The translations under genes were made by a program, and so were the position numbers. Source: Gemmatimonadaceae bacterium (GTDB lineage Bacteria > Gemmatimonadota > Gemmatimonadetes > Gemmatimonadales > Gemmatimonadaceae). Taken from it: 64,000 nt of DNA. Below, piece by piece: positions 9,376-19,152 of this stretch. The stretch spans positions 14 through 64,013 of the forward strand of contig DASWVQ010000274.1 of the NCBI GenBank assembly GCA_036401195.1, read 5' to 3'. The notes beneath the pieces were generated by a model that saw only the letters and a program-made list of their open reading frames with translations, was not told where the DNA came from and made no database searches. Every line of letters starts with the position of its first letter. Position 1 is the first letter of the stretch.

Positions 9376-9876
9376 GGCCTCGCGGCCCCCTTCCTCGCGG
9401 TCCACGAGCGCGAGCACGCCGAGGATCACCCCGCCCGCCCACTGGATCGCCTCGGCCGCCCGCAGCGCCGATCCGCCGGTGGTGATGACGTCCTCGATCA
9501 CCACCACCCGGTCGCCGGCGCGAAAGGGGCCTTCCACCAGCTTGCCCGTGCCATGCTGCTTGGCTTCCTTCCGCACCGTGAAGGCGCGCACCAGGGCGCC
9601 TCGCTCGCGCTCCGCGGCGAGCGCGCTGGCGTAGGCGATGGCGTAGGAGATCGGGTCGGCCCCCAGCGTCAGCCCGCCCACGGCGTCGGGTGTCCACCCG
9701 GCATCGCGGAGCGCCGCGAGACCGAGGGGGCCGATCAGCGCGAGCCCCTCGGGGCTCATTGTGGTCAGTCGCGCGTCGATGTATAACGAGGACGTTCGCC
9801 CCGAGGCGAGCGTGAACTGGCCCCGGCGCGCGGAGCGCTCGGCGAGGAGCGAGAGGAGACGGGCGTGATCGGACAT
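9298..9876 (-). CDS. pyrE: orotate phosphoribosyltransferase
   Basis: 192 aa: FTLASGRTSSLYIDARL and PRPP loop DRVVVIEDVITTGGSAL. Start set at MSDHARLL by homology-type spacing. Confidence 0.92.
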   Translation of the reverse strand: MSDHARLLSLLAERSARRGQFTLASGRTSSLYIDARLTTMSPEGLALIGPLGLAALRDAGWTPDAVGGLTLGADPISYAIAYASALAAERERGALVRAFTVRKEAKQHGTGKLVEGPFRAGDRVVVIEDVITTGGSALRAAEAIQWAGGVILGVLALVDREEGGREALEGAGFQVRSLARASEVVALLPAGG

Positions 9877-11515
9877 GGGCGTGGCAGAGACTAGCGGGGC
9901 GGCGTCGCCGAGGCAATCGGCCCTCGGCCCCTTCTCCCTCCTCCTGGGCGCCGTCCTCCTCCTCCTGCTGGGGGGATTGTTCGTCGCCGACCGGACGCTC
10001 GCGACCGCCCTGGCCGGCCAGGCGGAGAGCGACGCGGTGGAAACCTCGCTCGCCCTGGAGGACCTGCTCGCCGCCCGGGTGGAGGTGCTGCACGGCTTCC
10101 GGGGGATGTTCCTCGATGGCCCGCACGAGCGCCGCGATTTCGACGCCCTCGTCGCGGGTGCCGCGCATTCGGGGGTCGCCACGATCTGGGTCGTCGACAG
10201 CCTGGGCCAGGCGGTGTTCGACACCGTGCTCGCCGGCGGCGCGCCCGTCGTGCCGGTGGCGGACCGGGAGCGCGCGCGGCTGGTGGCCGAGGCCCTCCGG
10301 GCGGGGCGGACACAGCTCGGGACCCCCAGGCGCGACCTCGACCGGTCCCCGGCGCTCCTCATCGCGGAGCCCCTCGTCCTGGGCGGACGGGTGGTGGGTG
10401 TCGCCGGCACGCGGCTCACGGGAGCGGCGATCCTCGGCCGGGTGGCGCGCGAGAGCGCCCGATGGCGCACGGGAATGCTCGTGCGCGTGGGGGACGACAC
10501 GCTGGCCTCGTGGCGTGCCGACGGATCCCGGAAGGGCGAGCTGCGCCGCCACCACGAGGTCCGCGTCCCCGGAGGGAGCACCTGGACCGTGGAGGTGACG
10601 CACCAGGGGACGAGCGTGGTCCTCCGCCTCACCCTGTGGACCCTCGGCCTCGTCGCCATCGTGTTCCTCGTCCTCGGCCTCTCCCGCGAGCGTCGCCACG
10701 CCGAGGGGATCGCCGCGCGCTCGGCGGAGCTGGAGCGCCTCTCGGCGGAGCTCCTCCGCGCCAACCGGATGAAGAGCGAGTTCCTGGCGAACGTCTCGCA
10801 TGAGCTTCGCACCCCGCTCAACGCCATCGTCGGCTTCGTGGAGCTCCTGCGCGACGGCGTCTACGGGGAGCTCTCCGCCCGGCAGGTGCCCCCGGTGGAT
10901 CGCATCGCGGCCTCGGCGACGCACCTGCGCCACCTCGTGGACCAGGTCCTCGACATCGCCAAGATCGCGGCCGGCCGGCTCGAGGTGCATCCCGAGGCGG
11001 TCGCCCTGCGCCCCTTCGTGCTCGAGGTGGCGAGCGACCTGGAGTCGCTCGTGAGCGAGAAGGGGCTCACCCTCTCCATCTCGGTGCCGCAGGTGCTGCC
11101 GCGCGTGCGCACCGACCCCCAGCACCTGCGGCAGATCCTGGTGAACCTCTTCGGCAACGCGGTGAAGTACACGCCACAGGGATCGATCTCGATCCGCGCG
11201 AAGCTCCTGTCGCCGGCGCAGGGCTCGCGCGAGGAGCAGCAGATGGCGATCCGCGCGCCGAACCGCGAGCGCTCGTGGGTGGCGCTCCAGGTGAGCGACA
11301 CCGGCATCGGGATCCCCCCGGCCGACCAGGAGCGGATCTTCGACGAGTTCGAGCAGGTCAACGCGGGGCCGCGCGGGGACTCGGCGGAGCGCGGCACCGG
11401 CCTGGGGCTCTCGATCTCGCGCCGCCTCTCGCGACTGCTTGGCGGCGACCTCACCGTGGAGTCGGAGCAGGGGAAGGGTTCGACCTTCACGCTCTGGCTT
11501 CCCGCCGAGGGGTGA
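9875..11515 (+). CDS. sensor histidine kinase (TM, extracytoplasmic domain, HisKA, HATPase_c)
   Basis: H-box SHELRTPLNAIVGF, N-box LVNLFGNAVKYT, G-boxes DTGIGI and GTGLGLSISRRL. Confidence 0.9.
   Translation: MGVAETSGAASPRQSALGPFSLLLGAVLLLLLGGLFVADRTLATALAGQAESDAVETSLALEDLLAARVEVLHGFRGMFLDGPHERRDFDALVAGAAHSGVATIWVVDSLGQAVFDTVLAGGAPVVPVADRERARLVAEALRAGRTQLGTPRRDLDRSPALLIAEPLVLGGRVVGVAGTRLTGAAILGRVARESARWRTGMLVRVGDDTLASWRADGSRKGELRRHHEVRVPGGSTWTVEVTHQGTSVVLRLTLWTLGLVAIVFLVLGLSRERRHAEGIAARSAELERLSAELLRANRMKSEFLANVSHELRTPLNAIVGFVELLRDGVYGELSARQVPPVDRIAASATHLRHLVDQVLDIAKIAAGRLEVHPEAVALRPFVLEVASDLESLVSEKGLTLSISVPQVLPRVRTDPQHLRQILVNLFGNAVKYTPQGSISIRAKLLSPAQGSREEQQMAIRAPNRERSWVALQVSDTGIGIPPADQERIFDEFEQVNAGPRGDSAERGTGLGLSISRRLSRLLGGDLTVESEQGKGSTFTLWLPAEG
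9888..9916 (-). promoter_or_regulatory. candidate pyrE promoter embedded in the divergent kinase gene
   Basis: On the minus strand: TTGCCT (9916-9911), 17 nt, TAGTCT (9893-9888), 11 nt, ATG. Confidence 0.3.
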
Positions 11516-11710
11516 CCGCGGCACGGGGCATCCGCCGTCGTCTCGCCAGGCGGTGCATCGAGCAAGAGTCGACACCACGAAGATTGGGAACGGCCTCGCA
11601 CCCCGTTGCGCGACGGGGCTCGAATGCACCCGCTGGCGGGAGCGGCCCGACGGCTTCCCCGTGGCGCGAGGGGCCAACCGCACCGCGCGCCGCCCGCCGC
11701 GGCCGCGCGG

Positions 11711-12628
11711 CTACTTGCGGGAGAAGATCCCCTTCATCTTCCCGAACAGTCCCCCGTCGCTCGCGGCGCCCGCGGCCTGGCGGAGCAGCGCGCCCTCCAG
11801 CTCCCCCGCGAAGGCGAGGACGTCGGGATAGCGCTTGTCCGGCTCGCGCGAGAGGGCGCGCATGATCACCTTCTCCACGTCGGCCGAGAACTTGAGCCCC
11901 GGCTTCGCCTGGTTGAGTGGCATGGGGGGCTGCGAGAGCAGCTGCGAGAACATCTCGCGCGGGCTCTTCGCGTGGTACGGGTGGCAGCCGCAGAGCAGGA
12001 AGTACGCGATCGTCGCCAGCGAGTACTGGTCGGCCTTCGGCGTCACCACCTCGCCGGAGAGCGCCTCCGGCGCCACGTAGAGCAGCGTGCCCACGAAGAA
12101 CCCCGCCCGGGTGAGCCGCTCCTCCTGGGGGATGTCGGTGTCGGTCGCGATGCCGAAGTCCAGCAGCTTGATCGTCCGCGTCGCCGGATCGTACATCACG
12201 TTCTCCGGCTTCAGGTCGCGGTGGACGATGTTCACCGCGTGCGCGGCGTGCACCGCCGCGGCGATCTGGTGCACGATCGCCGCCACCTCGTCGGCGGGGA
12301 GCGGGCCGATGCGACGCGCGTACTTCTCGAGGATCTCGCCCGAGGCCCATTCGATGGCGAGGAAGTGCATCCCCGCGGGGCCCGACTCGCCGATCTCGAT
12401 CGTGCGCACCACGTTGGGGTGCGTGACGCGGGCCCCGTACCGGGCCTCGCGAAGGAAACGCGCGACGGCGGTGCGGTCCTGGCGCAGCTTCTCGCGCAGG
12501 ACCTTCACCGCCACCTGCCCGTGCGACGGATGCTGCGCGCGGAAGACCGACGAGGTGCCGCCCTCGCCGATCTCCTGCAGCAGTGTGTAGCCGGCGATGT
12601 CCCGGCCGACAAGATTCTCCCGAGCCAC
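11711..12628 (-). CDS. serine/threonine protein kinase (kinase domain only)
   Basis: GEGGTSSVF glycine loop, [24 protein letters not shown] motifs. Confidence 0.9.
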   Translation of the reverse strand: MARENLVGRDIAGYTLLQEIGEGGTSSVFRAQHPSHGQVAVKVLREKLRQDRTAVARFLREARYGARVTHPNVVRTIEIGESGPAGMHFLAIEWASGEILEKYARRIGPLPADEVAAIVHQIAAAVHAAHAVNIVHRDLKPENVMYDPATRTIKLLDFGIATDTDIPQEERLTRAGFFVGTLLYVAPEALSGEVVTPKADQYSLATIAYFLLCGCHPYHAKSPREMFSQLLSQPPMPLNQAKPGLKFSADVEKVIMRALSREPDKRYPDVLAFAGELEGALLRQAAGAASDGGLFGKMKGIFSRK

Positions 12629-12675
12629 GCGGCGAAGCTAAGGGGCGGCTCCCGGGGGGGCAACACACCAGTTTC

Positions 12676-12704
12676 TTGACAACCCGCCCGGGCGATTCCA
12701 ATCT
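12676..12704 (+). promoter_or_regulatory. candidate promoter of the first cold-shock gene
   Basis: TTGACA (12676-12681), 17 nt, CAATCT (12699-12704), giving a 5' UTR of about 60 nt. Confidence 0.25.
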
Positions 12705-12768
12705 TGCCCCGCGAGGCTACGGACCAGCCCGCAGCGATCGTCACCATCTACCGCGAGGAGGCGGCACG

Positions 12769-12972
12769 ATGGCCAGGGGCAAGGTGAAGTGGTTCAACGA
12801 CGCGAAGGGGTACGGCTTCATCGAGCAGGCGGACGGGCAGGACGTCTTCGTGCACTTTTCCGCCATCGAGATGGATGGCTTCAAGACCCTCGCGGAAGGA
12901 CAGGAAGTGGAGTTCGAGAGCCAGGCGGGCGCGAAGGGGCTGCACGCCTCCCGGGTGACGCGCCTGGGCTGA
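12769..12972 (+). CDS. cold-shock protein, CspA family
   Basis: [33 protein letters not shown] (RNP1/RNP2 motifs). GAGGAGG SD lies upstream of the internal ATG. Confidence 0.95.
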   Translation: MARGKVKWFNDAKGYGFIEQADGQDVFVHFSAIEMDGFKTLAEGQEVEFESQAGAKGLHASRVTRLG

Positions 12973-13017
12973 CCGGGCCCCGCGTCGGACTGCGGGAGGG
13001 AGCGTCGGTCGGTAACT

Positions 13018-16000
13018 TTGGGCATGGCTCCGGTCCCCCCATCCCCCGCCCCTGCGCCGCCGCCGGCGCCCCGCCTCTTCCTGATCGACGGATACGCCCT
13101 GATCTACCGGGCGTTCTTCGCGCTCATCTCCCGTCCCCTCACCACGAGCCGCGGCGAGAACACCTCGGCGGCGTGGGGGATCGTGAACTTCCTGAACCGG
13201 CTGATCAGCAAGCACCAGCCGGACTACCTGGGGTGGGTGAACGATTCGGGGCTCTCGTTCCGCCACGAGCGCTATCCGGCGTACAAGGCCTCGCGCGAGA
13301 AGCTCACCGAGGAGCTGCAGTCGGACTTCGACCGCGGCATGGAGCGCATCGCCCAGCTCCTCGAGGCGTACCACATCCCCATCCTCACCCTGCCGGGCTA
13401 CGAGGCCGACGACGTGATCGGCACCCTCGCCGCGCAGGGGGCGGCGCGGGGCGTCAACGTGATCGTGGTCTCCGGCGACAAGGACTTCCAGCAGCTCGTC
13501 CGCCCGGGGATCTGGCTCCTGAACCCCGGGCGCGGGGGGCCGGCGAGCGTGGAGGAGAGCTGGGTGGGGGTCGAGAACGGGAGCGAGCGGCTCGGCGTCC
13601 CGCCGGCCCACGTCACCGATTACCTCGCGCTGGTCGGCGACACCTCCGACAACGTGCCGGGGGTCAAGGGCATCGGCGACAAGACGGCGATCGAGCTCGT
13701 GTCCACCTACGGCACCGTCGAGGAGATCCTCGCGCACGCGTCGGAGATCCCGAAGAAGCGCCCGCGCGAGGCCCTGCTCGAGCAGCGGGACAACGCCCTC
13801 CTCTCGAAGGAGCTGGTCACGATCCGCTGCGACCTGCCCGTCACGCTCGACCTCGAGGCGCTGCGCGTGGAGCAGCCGGACCAGGCGCGCCTCAAGCAGC
13901 TGTACGTGGAGCTCGAGTTCCATTCCCTGGCGCGCGAGGCCGCGGGCGCGGGCGGGGCCACCGCCTCGGCGGTGCGCGACACGGTCACCGATCCCGGGGT
14001 GGCCGCCACCACGCCGTCGCGCGCGCTCGAGTCGCCGGCGCGCCCCGCGGTGGAGCGCCGCTACACCACCGTGGACACGATCGCGAAGCTCCAGGCCCTG
14101 GTCGAGCGCGCGCGGGCGGTGCCGCACATCGCCCTGGACACGGAGTCCGCCGGCGATCCCGACTCGCCGCTCAAGGTGGACCCGCTGCGCTGTACCCTGG
14201 TGTCCCTCTCCATCGCCGTGGCACCGGGCGAGGCGTACTACCTCCCCCTCGCGCACCGCGCCTGGGAGCCGCCGCAGGGCGAGCTCGGGCTCGGTGACCT
14301 CGGCGGCGCCGAGCCCGGGGCCGCGACGCCGAAGCGGAAGAAGGCGGGGGCCGCGGCCGAGCCCTCGAGCATCGCCATGCGCACGATCGCGGCGCAGGGC
14401 GGGCAGCGCCCCGAGGTGCGGAACCTCCCCCCGCTGCACGATCCCGCCATGGCGCCCCTGCGCGAGCTGCTCACCGACCCCGCGGTGCGCAAGACGATGC
14501 AGAACGCCAAGTACGACATGCTGGTGCTGCGCAAGGCGGGGATCGAGCTGCAGGGGCTCGACTTCGACACGATGATCGCGAGCTACGTCCTCGATCCCGG
14601 GCGGCGCGCCCACGGCCTCGACCTGCTCGCGCTCGAGTTCCTCGACCACACGATGACCTCGTACGAGGAGCTCTGCGGCAAGGGCCGCGGGGAGCTGCCC
14701 TTCGACCAGGTGCCGGTGGAGTGTGCCTGCGCCTACTCGTGCGAGGACGCCGACATGACCTGGCGGCTGCGCGAGGTGTTCGAGCCGCAGCTCGAGGTGC
14801 AGGCGCTCGCCGCCCTCGTGCGCGAGGTGGAGATCCCGCTGGTGCGGGTGCTCGCCGACATGCAGTGGGTCGGCATCCCCATCGACCTGGCCTGGTTCGC
14901 GTCGCTCAAGGAGCGCTTCGCGCGCGAGCGCGAGCGGGTGGAGCGCGAGATCTACGCCGCCGCCGGCGAGGAGTTCAACATCAACTCCAACCCGAAGCTG
15001 CGGGAGATCCTCTTCGAGAAGCTCCAGCTCCCGGTGCTCAAGCGCACCGCCACCGGCGCCTCCACCGACGCGAGCGTGCTGCAGCAGCTCGCCGACGCGG
15101 GGCACGCCCTCCCCGTGCTCCTCATGGAGTACCGCGAGCTCTCGAAGCTGGAGAGCACCTACATCGATGCGCTCCCCGCCCTCGTCAACCCGGCCACCGG
15201 GCGGCTGCACTCGAACTTCAACCAGACGGTCGCGGCGACGGGGCGGCTCTCCTCCTCCGACCCCAACCTCCAGAACATCCCCATCCGGCGCGAGCTCGGG
15301 CGCGACATCCGCCGCGGCTTCATTCCTCGCCCCGGCTGGCAGCTGCTCGCCGCCGATTACTCGCAGATCGAGCTCCGCCTCCTCGCGCACCTCTCCAACG
15401 ACCCCGCCTTCGTGGAAGCCTTCCGTGCCGGCGGCGACATCCACCGGCAGACCGCCGCGATCATCTTCGGCGTGCCCCTGGCGGAGGTCACGAAGGACAT
15501 GCGCGCGCGCGCGAAGACGATCAACTTCGCGACCATCTACGGCCAGGGGCCCTTCGCCCTGTCGCAGCAGCTCAAGATCACCAACGCCGAGGCGAAGGAG
15601 TTCATCGAGCGCTACTTCGAGCGCTTCGCCAGCGTGCGCGCCTTCCTCGACGCCCAGGTGGAGTTCGCGCGCACGCACGGCTACGTGCAGACCATCTTCG
15701 GCCGCCGGCGCTACATCCCGGAGCTGCGCGACCGCAACTTCAACATCCGCGCGTTCGGCGAGCGCACCGCGCAGAACTCGCCCATCCAGGGGTCGGCGGC
15801 GGACCTCATCAAGGTCGCCATGATCAACGTGGACCGCGCCCTCCACGAGGGCGGGTTCGCCAGCCGGATGCTCCTCCAGGTGCACGACGAACTCGTGTTC
15901 GAGGTGCTCGAGGAGGAAATGGAACGCATGGGAGCCCTCGTGAAGCACGAGATGGAGCACGCCGCCGCCCTCTCCGTGCCCCTGCTCGTGGAACTCGGAT

Positions 16001-16035
16001 TCGGGGCGAACTGGGTCGAAACCAAGATGGACTGA
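13018..16035 (+). CDS. polA: DNA polymerase I
   Basis: 5' nuclease domain (LIDGYALIYRAFFA), 3'-5' exo-like region, and polymerase motifs DYSQIELRLLAH, RRxAKTINFATIYG, QVHDELVFE. Confidence 0.97.
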   Translation: MGMAPVPPSPAPAPPPAPRLFLIDGYALIYRAFFALISRPLTTSRGENTSAAWGIVNFLNRLISKHQPDYLGWVNDSGLSFRHERYPAYKASREKLTEELQSDFDRGMERIAQLLEAYHIPILTLPGYEADDVIGTLAAQGAARGVNVIVVSGDKDFQQLVRPGIWLLNPGRGGPASVEESWVGVENGSERLGVPPAHVTDYLALVGDTSDNVPGVKGIGDKTAIELVSTYGTVEEILAHASEIPKKRPREALLEQRDNALLSKELVTIRCDLPVTLDLEALRVEQPDQARLKQLYVELEFHSLAREAAGAGGATASAVRDTVTDPGVAATTPSRALESPARPAVERRYTTVDTIAKLQALVERARAVPHIALDTESAGDPDSPLKVDPLRCTLVSLSIAVAPGEAYYLPLAHRAWEPPQGELGLGDLGGAEPGAATPKRKKAGAAAEPSSIAMRTIAAQGGQRPEVRNLPPLHDPAMAPLRELLTDPAVRKTMQNAKYDMLVLRKAGIELQGLDFDTMIASYVLDPGRRAHGLDLLALEFLDHTMTSYEELCGKGRGELPFDQVPVECACAYSCEDADMTWRLREVFEPQLEVQALAALVREVEIPLVRVLADMQWVGIPIDLAWFASLKERFARERERVEREIYAAAGEEFNINSNPKLREILFEKLQLPVLKRTATGASTDASVLQQLADAGHALPVLLMEYRELSKLESTYIDALPALVNPATGRLHSNFNQTVAATGRLSSSDPNLQNIPIRRELGRDIRRGFIPRPGWQLLAADYSQIELRLLAHLSNDPAFVEAFRAGGDIHRQTAAIIFGVPLAEVTKDMRARAKTINFATIYGQGPFALSQQLKITNAEAKEFIERYFERFASVRAFLDAQVEFARTHGYVQTIFGRRRYIPELRDRNFNIRAFGERTAQNSPIQGSAADLIKVAMINVDRALHEGGFASRMLLQVHDELVFEVLEEEMERMGALVKHEMEHAAALSVPLLVELGFGANWVETKMD

Positions 16036-16106
16036 GGATCGTCCATCAGGTCAGACCCTCTTCCGTGGGACCATCCTGGCCGGTGGTCCCCCCTTCCAAG
16101 GACGCG

Positions 16107-16490
16107 ATGTCGCGCCTCCGCTCCGGCTTCACGCTCATCGAACTGCTAGTCGTCATCGTGGTGATCGGCATCCTCGCCGCCATCGCGGTGCCGCGCTACA
16201 GCAACGCGCGCGAGAAGTCCAAGGCGTCGGTGCTCATCAGCGACCTCCGCAACCTCGCCACGGCGGAGGAGGGGTACTTCTACGAGCGTCGCAGCTACGC
16301 GATCGATCCCGATTCGCTCAAGTTCAGCGCGTCGACCTCGGTGGTGGTGACGATCCTCGAGGCCACGAACACGGGATGGTCGGCCACCGCGGTCCAGCCG
16401 ACGCAGACCGCCGTGCAGTGCGCGATCTTCTACGGCAACGCCGCCCCGGTCGCCCCCGCGCAGGCCGAGGGGATCCCCGCCTGCCACTGA
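16107..16490 (+). CDS. type IV pilin-like protein (prepilin-type N-terminal cleavage/methylation domain)
   Basis: MSRLRSG/FTLIELLVVIVVIGILAAIAVP class III signal, plus a C-terminal Cys pair (VQC...PAC). Confidence 0.85.
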   Translation: MSRLRSGFTLIELLVVIVVIGILAAIAVPRYSNAREKSKASVLISDLRNLATAEEGYFYERRSYAIDPDSLKFSASTSVVVTILEATNTGWSATAVQPTQTAVQCAIFYGNAAPVAPAQAEGIPACH

Positions 16491-16497
16491 TGCGCGG

Positions 16498-16782
16498 GTG
16501 AGGGGCGCCGCGCCCTGGCGCGAGTTCGAGCGCCGTCGCGACGGGATGGTCCACGCCATGGAGGGCGGGCTCTGGCTCCACCGCCACGTGTGGAAGGGCC
16601 GCCCCATGGCCCACCTCGTCTCCACCGATCGCGACCGGCTGCTCGCCTACGGCCGCGCCGTGGGCCTTCCCCCGGAGCGCCTCCAGTACAAGCCGCTGCG
16701 GGACCCGCGCACCGGCGAGCGCCGCGAGGCGTGGCACTGGGACCTGGTCGGTCCCTGGCTTCCCCCGCGCCAGGACGACTAG
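16498..16782 (+). CDS. DUF4031-like small protein
   Basis: HLVSTDRDRLLAYGRAVGLPPERLQYKP...WHWDL resembles DUF4031. The start is uncertain (GTG 16498 or the internal ATGs). Confidence 0.55.
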   Translation: MRGAAPWREFERRRDGMVHAMEGGLWLHRHVWKGRPMAHLVSTDRDRLLAYGRAVGLPPERLQYKPLRDPRTGERREAWHWDLVGPWLPPRQDD

Positions 16783-18140
16783 CCCCGGGCCCCCGGGTCC
16801 CGCCCCGCCGCGCGCGCCGCCGCCACCCCCGCCGCGACGTCCACCCGCGCGAGGAGCGCCAGCCCCGCCACGAAGAACACCACCACGCTGAGGATCGCCG
16901 TGCGGCTCGTGCCCCCCAGCGCGACCGTCCCCGCGTAGAGCAGCGGGCCGAAGATCCCCGAGAACTTCTCGAACACGCCGTAGAAGCCGAAGAACTCCCC
17001 CGAGCGCTCCGGCGGCGTCATCGCGGCGAACAGCGATCGCGAGAGCGCCTGCGTCCCCCCCTGCACCGTCCCCACCAGCAGCGCGAGCATCATGAAGTGC
17101 GCCGAGGTGCGCATGAAGTACGCGAGCCCCGCGATCACCGTGTACACGCAGAGCCCCAGCATCACCGCGCGCTTCGCCCCGATGCGCGACGCGAGTGCGC
17201 CGAACCCGATCGAGCACGGGATCCCCACGAACTGCACCACGAGGATCGCCGCGATGAGGGAGCCCTGCGGGATCCCGATCTCCGTGCCGTAGGCCGTGGC
17301 CAGCTTGATGATCGTGGAGATCCCGTCGTTGTAGACCAGGAAGGCGAGCAGCAGCAGGAAGGCATGCCGGAACCCGCGCAGCTCGTGCAGCGTGTTGCGC
17401 AGCCGCACGAAGGGCGCGACGAAGACCGACTGCCCCGGGCGCTCCCCCGCCTCGAGTCGCGCGGGCGGCTCGGGCACGTGGCGAAGCACGGGAACGGAGA
17501 AGAGGAGCCACCACGCCGCCACCGAGACGAAGGCCAGCCGCGCCGGCAGCGTGGCCTCGCGCGCGCTCATCCCCGTCCCGTGCGGCAGGCCGAAGGTGGC
17601 CGGGCTCTGGATCCACCACAGGTTGAACGCGAGCAGCACCCCGCCCCCCAGGTACCCGATCGCGTAGCCCGCGGTCGACACGCGGTCCATCTCCTCGTCG
17701 CGGGCGATGTGCGGGAGCAGCGCGCCGTAGAACGCCATGCTTCCCTGGGCCCCGATCATCGCCAGCGCGTAGAGCCACGACGCGAGCCGCACCTCGCCCC
17801 GGTCGATGGCGAACATCCCGGCACACGCCGTGGCGCCGAGGACCACGAACGCCAGCAGGAAGCGCTTCTTCGCCGCCGAGTGGTCGGCGAGCGCCCCCAG
17901 CACCGGCGCCAGGAGGGTGATCACGATCGTGGCCATCGCATTGGCCACCGCCAGCGTCGCCGCTCCCTGCCCCGGAGGAAGTCCCGCGCTCGCGACCTTC
18001 ACGAAGAAGATCGGAAACACCGCGGCCATGATCGTCGTCTGCATCGACGAGACGGCCCAGTCGTACATCGCCCACGCGCGGAGCGGGGGGCGATCGAGGC
18101 CGATACGGGCGAGGAACGGGGAGCGTGCAGCGGTGGTCAC
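16779..18140 (-). CDS. MFS transporter, UMF1/Atg22-like family
   Basis: RAWAMYDWAVSSMQTTIMAAVFPIFF N-terminal signature and 12 predicted TM segments. Start set at GTG 18140, since the long ORF to 18800 is an upstream extension. Confidence 0.8.
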   Translation of the reverse strand: MTTAARSPFLARIGLDRPPLRAWAMYDWAVSSMQTTIMAAVFPIFFVKVASAGLPPGQGAATLAVANAMATIVITLLAPVLGALADHSAAKKRFLLAFVVLGATACAGMFAIDRGEVRLASWLYALAMIGAQGSMAFYGALLPHIARDEEMDRVSTAGYAIGYLGGGVLLAFNLWWIQSPATFGLPHGTGMSAREATLPARLAFVSVAAWWLLFSVPVLRHVPEPPARLEAGERPGQSVFVAPFVRLRNTLHELRGFRHAFLLLLAFLVYNDGISTIIKLATAYGTEIGIPQGSLIAAILVVQFVGIPCSIGFGALASRIGAKRAVMLGLCVYTVIAGLAYFMRTSAHFMMLALLVGTVQGGTQALSRSLFAAMTPPERSGEFFGFYGVFEKFSGIFGPLLYAGTVALGGTSRTAILSVVVFFVAGLALLARVDVAAGVAAARAAGRDPGARG

Positions 18141-18201
18141 GAGGGCCTGGCGCGGGATGATGCTGATTGACGGCGCGGTGGGGTGCCCCAAATTACCCGC
18201 G

Positions 18202-19116
18202 ATGCCCGCCTCCCGCCTCGCGCTGCGACAGATCGCCACCCTCGCCCTCGTCGCCACCGCCTGCGGGCGCGACGTGCCCGCCGTGGCGCGAGAGAGCACC
18301 GCGGTGCGCCAGGTCGTGGACCCGGAGCCCGCGGCCACCGTCCCTGCCCCCTCTGGCTGGCTCCCGGCGTTCGGCCCGGTGCTCCTCGTGATGGGTGATA
18401 CGGCCGCGGAGGCGATCGTCGTCCCCGGCGACAGCACGGGCGACGCGGGGGCCTGGGCGCCCGAGGCGCTCGCCGGTCGCACCGTGCACCTGCTCGATCG
18501 CGGGGGCGAGGTCGCGGCCGTGACGGCGCGCCCGGAGCAGCCCCCCGAGCCGCGTGTGGATTGCCTCGGGCGCCCGGTGCTGCACCTCGACCTCCCGCAA
18601 CCCGCCGGAGGCCGCGCGTGGACCGCGGGGTTCTTCGGCGGGGCCCTCTCCGCCATCGCCTTCGACTCCCTCAGCGGCCTCGCCCCCCGGGACTCCGCCG
18701 CGCTGGCCGCGAGCATCGCCCGCCTCGCCTCGTCGCTGCCGGTGCGCGACCAGTCGTTCGCCGGGCTCCCCTTCACCGTGGTCGACGCGCAGCGCTTCAC
18801 CGCGGGCGACGCCCGCGTCCTCGTCGCCTACGTGGTCCGGCGCGTGAACCGGGAAGCCGATCCGCTCCAGGAGCGGACCCTGCTCATCGCCGAAGCCGAT
18901 CCCGCGGGCCAGTGGAACGTCGCCTGGCACGAGCGGTCGACCGGCAGTGAGGATGAGATCGAGGGGAACGAGCTCCTCGGGGGCTTCCTCCTCCAGGGCC
19001 ATCCCTGGCTGCTGGTCGCCCGCGACGCGAGTGCCGGCGTCTCCTGGTCGCTGCTGGAGCGCTCCGCGCCGGCGCAGTGGCGGGTCCGCTGGACCGGCGG
19101 CGGCGGCGTCTGCTGA
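18202..19116 (+). CDS. hypothetical lipoprotein
   Basis: MPASRLALRQIATLALVATAC lipobox. No recognisable domain. Confidence 0.6.
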   Translation: MPASRLALRQIATLALVATACGRDVPAVARESTAVRQVVDPEPAATVPAPSGWLPAFGPVLLVMGDTAAEAIVVPGDSTGDAGAWAPEALAGRTVHLLDRGGEVAAVTARPEQPPEPRVDCLGRPVLHLDLPQPAGGRAWTAGFFGGALSAIAFDSLSGLAPRDSAALAASIARLASSLPVRDQSFAGLPFTVVDAQRFTAGDARVLVAYVVRRVNREADPLQERTLLIAEADPAGQWNVAWHERSTGSEDEIEGNELLGGFLLQGHPWLLVARDASAGVSWSLLERSAPAQWRVRWTGGGGVC

Positions 19117-19152
19117 GCGGCGCCCGGCCACGGGCCACCGCACACCCAGTCC

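Noticed and set aside
11516-11710. 195-nt GC-rich convergent spacer with several hairpins, examined for a tRNA or small RNA.
   Set aside because: There is no cloverleaf, no GTTCGAATC-type T-loop and no recognisable RNA family motif. It is most simply terminator-like secondary structure between convergent genes.
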